43,254 bases of DNA from Octopus bimaculoides (taxonomy: Eukaryota). Below are positions 39,375 to 43,254 of this stretch, one piece after another. Where the stretch lies: NCBI RefSeq assembly GCF_001194135.2, contig NC_068993.1:32799129-32842382 (forward strand), given 5' to 3'. The position numbers and the translations under genes were made by a program. The notes beneath the pieces were generated by a model that made no database searches, had not been told where the DNA came from, and saw only the letters and a program-made list of their open reading frames with translations. Numbering within the stretch: position 1 is the stretch's first letter; every line of letters starts with the position of its first letter.

Positions 39375-39600
39375 TTATATTTTATATCTTTTCTTTTTCT
39401 TTTTCTCTCTGTCTTTCTTTCCCTTTTTTTTCTATCACATGGCTTTGAAAATGAACAATCTGCTGTGATTATTTTAATGGCCTACAAATGTATACAGTGC
39501 GTTTCTCTGCTCAAGGTGTCAGGAAGACATTCGACAAGAAAAGGAAACAGAATTGAAAGAAGATGATAATGAAAGTGATAACAATAATAATAGTAATTAA
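39375..39600 (+). mobile_element. Second, 3'-UTR-only copy of the R4/Dong element
   Basis: Collinear with 39105-39278 (ttttaatggcctac.aatgtatacagt...gaaacagaattgaaagaagatg), ends in a TAA-rich tail. Confidence 0.8.
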
Positions 39601-40040
39601 CAAAAACCATAACAAAACCAAAAACAAAAGCACGACGGATGGATTATCATAAATACTATAAAATAGTTGATTTATGAGTTACACACACACACACTACTAT
39701 GCAACACCCCTCCAAAATCATAGAAGAATAAACTTATACTATAAATACCCAACAAAATGAACAAAACCCACATGTGCTATAGAAGGCCAATACCCGAGAA
39801 AAAAACACAACCTGTGCTACACAAACAACACACAATATAGAAACTAATACAACAGAAGACTCAAACAAAACCCCATAACAAAACGTATTGGTTCAATACA
39901 ATATCCCCACTGCCAAAAAAAATGAAAACACGCAGCACACACTATCTCACCAACACAAAAGTGCAACAAATGATGCAATAGAAAGTTGCTTGAAACTTTC
40001 AGATGTCGAGAAATAATGGTGGTGATGATGATGGTGATGA

Positions 40041-42051
40041 ATGTTACCTTACCTCAGTTTATGAGAGACAAGAGTCTCCAAAAAAACTCTGGTTGTAACA
40101 GCAAAAATGAAGCTGGACCTTTAAGGGAAGGCCTCTCACTCAGCAGTGGATCAGTAAAGATGCAGACTGACTACAGCTGTCATTGTAATACAGCATCAGC
40201 AGATAATAGAGCAAGGGGGAGGAAGTGGACCAGCGAAGAAAACAGGACAGTGATGCAGGGCTACTTAGAAAGTGAACCTAAAAGAAGGGGCTATAGAAAA
40301 TGGATTTTAACACTTTGGGTAGAGAAGAGTATGTTTAAAGTGACTGAGCAGAGATTAGTTGATCAAGCTAATACTATTAGGAGAAGAAAGTGGATGAGAG
40401 AATTGGAGGTAGAAGAGATCACAAGAGAACTGGAAAAGAAAAGGCAGTGGGGAAGACAAGCAACAACATAAGAAATACATCTCAAACCAAAGAACCTAAA
40501 GGAAAAAATAATAATAATAACACTACCAATAAGGAAGGGACAACTGACACCAACAATTTAAGTGATTTAAGTGATGAAGATCAGAAAATTTTCGATGAGT
40601 TGCAGGAAGTAATAAGTAAAGAAGTAAGAAAAAGGTTGCCAGCATTAAATAAACATCAACAGAAGGAAGCTACAAGAAATGACTAGGAAAGTAGATTCTA
40701 TTATCAGTAGGATAGATCCTAAAAATATAGAAGACACTAACTTCTTGATCTATGCAGGAGGGGTAGTAGTCACCAGAAGATTAGATATCTCACAGGGAAA
40801 GATTTAAAAAGAGCAAATGCGGAAAATGAGACAACAAAATAAAGTGAAGACTTTAAGACAAGATCTGAGTAGAATAGAAGCCTGGAAAACAAACAAGTTA
40901 GGAAACACAAGATGCAAATCTTGCCTCGAGAAAAGATACTTAGTCAAGGAGAAAGGCTTTGGGCCAGTAATGGAAGAGTTAAAACAGCATATCATAGCAG
41001 TAGCAGACAAACTCTCCAAACACCAGAAAAGAATAGATCAGTATCAACAGAACAGATTATTTGAGACAGACCAGAGGAGATTTTATAACCAGATAAATAG
41101 TGGAGAATGAAATACTGAAGATGAGAAACCTAATGCAGAGGAAGCTAGAGAGTGCTGGAGTAATATATGGGATAAACNNNNNNNNNNATGCAGAGGAAGC
41201 TAGAGAGTGCTGGAGTAATATATGGGATAAACCAGTCAATCATAATGGAGATGTAGTATGGTTAAAGAAAGTGAAGGAAGAAGTAGTGAGTGAGAAGCAA
41301 CCAGATCTAAGATTAACTAGTGCATTAATGAGTAAAGTGTCAGGAAAAATGCCGAATTGGAAGGGCCCAAGATAAGATTTAGTTCAAGGGTACTGGCTAA
41401 ATAAATTCAGTAGTTTACATGGGAGGCTGAGGGAAGAACTTTAGGATTGCCTTAATGGAGGAATAATACCAGATTGGCTGACCAGAGGGAGCATAATACT
41501 CATTATGAAGGATAAGAGCAAGGGTAATACAGCTAGCAACTATAAACCAATCACTTGCTTACCATTAGTGTGGAAGCTGTTCATAGGAATGCTTTCATAA
41601 AGCATTTACGAGCACCTTGACAACCAGAATTTACTACCAGAAGAACAGAAAGGCTGCAATAAGGAGGTTAGAAGAATGCATCATCTATTATATATAGAAA
41701 AAGCAATTCTAAATTAAGTAAAAGCTAGAAAGTAAAATCTCATAATAGCATGGATAGATTACAGGAAAGTTTATGACATGATTCCACACTCATGGATAAG
41801 TGAATGTTTGAGTATATTCAGTATAGCAGACAACATGAGAGAATTAATTAGCTTTAGCATGGAAGAATATAAAGTTGATTAATACTCAGGTGACACACTC
41901 TTAGGAAAAGTTAATATCAAAAGAGGAATTTTCCAGAGGGACTCATTTCCAGCTAAGATACTTAGGAGAGTTCTTGGCATCTAAGGTTACTTGTTGTAGC
42001 CCAATGTTTAGATTCTTTTCTTTTCCAACAGTCTAATCTGTTGAGTGTATA

Positions 42052-42053
<2 letters not shown>
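40041..42053 (+). mobile_element. Second R4/Dong-clade LINE family, internally deleted
   Basis: RKWTSEEN..MQGYLESEPKRRGYRK, QYQQNRLFETDQRRFY, MPNWKGP, YKPITCLP, LPEEQKGC, AWIDYRKVYD, then GIFQRDSF joined directly to PAKILRRVL* and a (TAA)n tail. Confidence 0.88.
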
Positions 42054-42102
<49 letters not shown>

Positions 42103-42140
42103 GTTTATATAAAGGACTGGTAACTCAGCAGAAATGTAAT

Positions 42141-42580
42141 AGACAGAGAGGTGAGTTCTTAACTTTTGTATACGATTGCCAAAATCCATCACTGAGGTAA
42201 ACATAACTGATGTAATCCATCACCACGGCCAACTTAATGACAAAAAGTGCAACTCGAAAGTAACTTATTTATTGGTGCTTTTAACAACAATATTTCGGCA
42301 TCTCACGTGCCTTCAACAGGTTTAAAATAAATTAAATGTCAGTCTAATTCATTTTTTAGTTTATATAAAGGACTGGTAACTCAGCAGAAATGTAATTTAA
42401 ACCTGTTGAAGGCATGCGAGATGCCGAAATATTGTTGTTCAAAGCACCAATAAATAAGTTACTTTCGAGTTGCGCTTTTTGTCATTAAGTTGGCCGTGGT
42501 GATGGATTACGTCAGTTATGTTTACCTTAGTGATGGATTGTGGCAATCGTATACAAAAGTTAAGAACTCACCTCTCTATC

Positions 42581-42581
<1 letters not shown>
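42141..42581. mobile_element. Foldback element with 186-bp inverted arms, each containing a hammerhead-like motif (Penelope-like inverted pLTR architecture)
   Basis: Arms 42141-42326 and 42396-42581, about 8 mismatches by eye; CCTGTTGAAGGCAT..ATGCCGAAATATTGTT motif; 40-bp direct repeat at 42101-42140 and 42357-42396; (TAA)n on both sides. Confidence 0.8.
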
Positions 42582-42632
<51 letters not shown>

Positions 42633-42867
42633 GACAAAACAATGTACATGATAACACTTCCAATCAATCAAGATCAGAAGCCATGAGAGCCCCTTCCATG
42701 GTACTGCATCCGGGCGTAATATCTATATATATAAAAATGAGAATGTCTGTCTGTCTGTCTGTCTGTCNNNNNNNNNNNNNNNNNNNNNNNNNNNNNNNNN
42801 NNNNNNNNNNNNNNNNNNNNNNNNNNNNNNNNNNNNNNNNNNNNNNNNNNNNNNNNNNNNNNNNNNN

Positions 42868-43229
42868 ACATCACCCCTAACAACTGGCCACTTAACTCCC
42901 CCAAATGCAATCCCCTTGTTTATTATGAATGGGGCACAGTTGAGCGAGAGACCAACAAAACTCTTTGTAACACCAAAGATGAAGTGAAGGCAAGGATTAT
43001 GGCAGCATTCACCAACTTAAACAAGGAGACCATCCAGAAGAGTTGCAGGGGGTTCTGAAGTCGTCTGGAGGCCATGGTTGAAGCCAATGGTGATTTTATT
43101 GAATAAATTTACTCTTTAGTATTTCAAGATTTTTGCATGTAATTTTGATAAATATATCTGTTAAAATGAGATGTCATTGTTATTTTCATTTCTGCATAAT
43201 TTAGACGACAGTTTATTCACAACACCCTG
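42868..43229 (+). mobile_element. mariner/maT-like transposon 3' fragment
   Basis: NWPLNSPKCNPLVYYEWGTVERETNK...KARIMAAF...RLEAMVEANGDFIE* (stop 43104-43106); end ...ACACCCTG followed by TA. Confidence 0.85.
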
Positions 43230-43254
43230 TATGTATGTATGTATATATATATAT

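Noticed and set aside
39267-39566. Poly-Met and poly-Asp ORFs
   Set aside because: Translations of the (GAT)n microsatellite
41133-41232. 45-bp direct repeat within the second R4/Dong element
   Set aside because: Identical copies flank a 10-N gap (41178-41187); most likely an unmerged contig overlap
1-43254. CRISPR arrays, rRNA or genuine tRNA genes
   Set aside because: No regularly spaced repeat-spacer array or rRNA-like sequence; tRNA-like A/B boxes occur only as SINE heads without a full cloverleaf

Overview
AT-rich, repeat-dense animal genomic DNA with five assembly gaps. The (CA)n/(TA)n/(GAT)n microsatellites, RTE LINEs and SINE types suggest a coleoid cephalopod, probably Octopus (inference). 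The only host gene I can support is PGAP2 (Frag1/DRAM/Sfk1 family, GPI-anchor remodelling) on the minus strand. Three internal coding exons (11183-10925, 9847-9732, 2955-2847) have canonical AG/GT sites and compatible phases. The TM1-encoding upstream exon and the last exon were not found. The rest is decayed mobile DNA: several RTE LINEs, two R4/Dong-clade LINEs in (TAA)n/(GAT)n tracts, Tc1/mariner and hAT transposase relics, piggyBac- and hAT-type MITEs and tRNA-derived SINEs. Main observations: (1) a near-canonical minimal type-I hammerhead ribozyme (37019-37061, minus) inside a 221-bp element with inverted ends; (2) a 441-bp foldback (42141-42581) whose two arms each carry a variant hammerhead-like motif, with a Penelope-like architecture; (3) a twin-priming-type 5' inversion in an RTE nested in another RTE; (4) a CpG-retaining island at about 27.2-29.0 kb that probably marks an unmethylated, possibly bidirectional promoter. 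Repeat boundaries were read by eye and are approximate unless TIR/TSD evidence is given.
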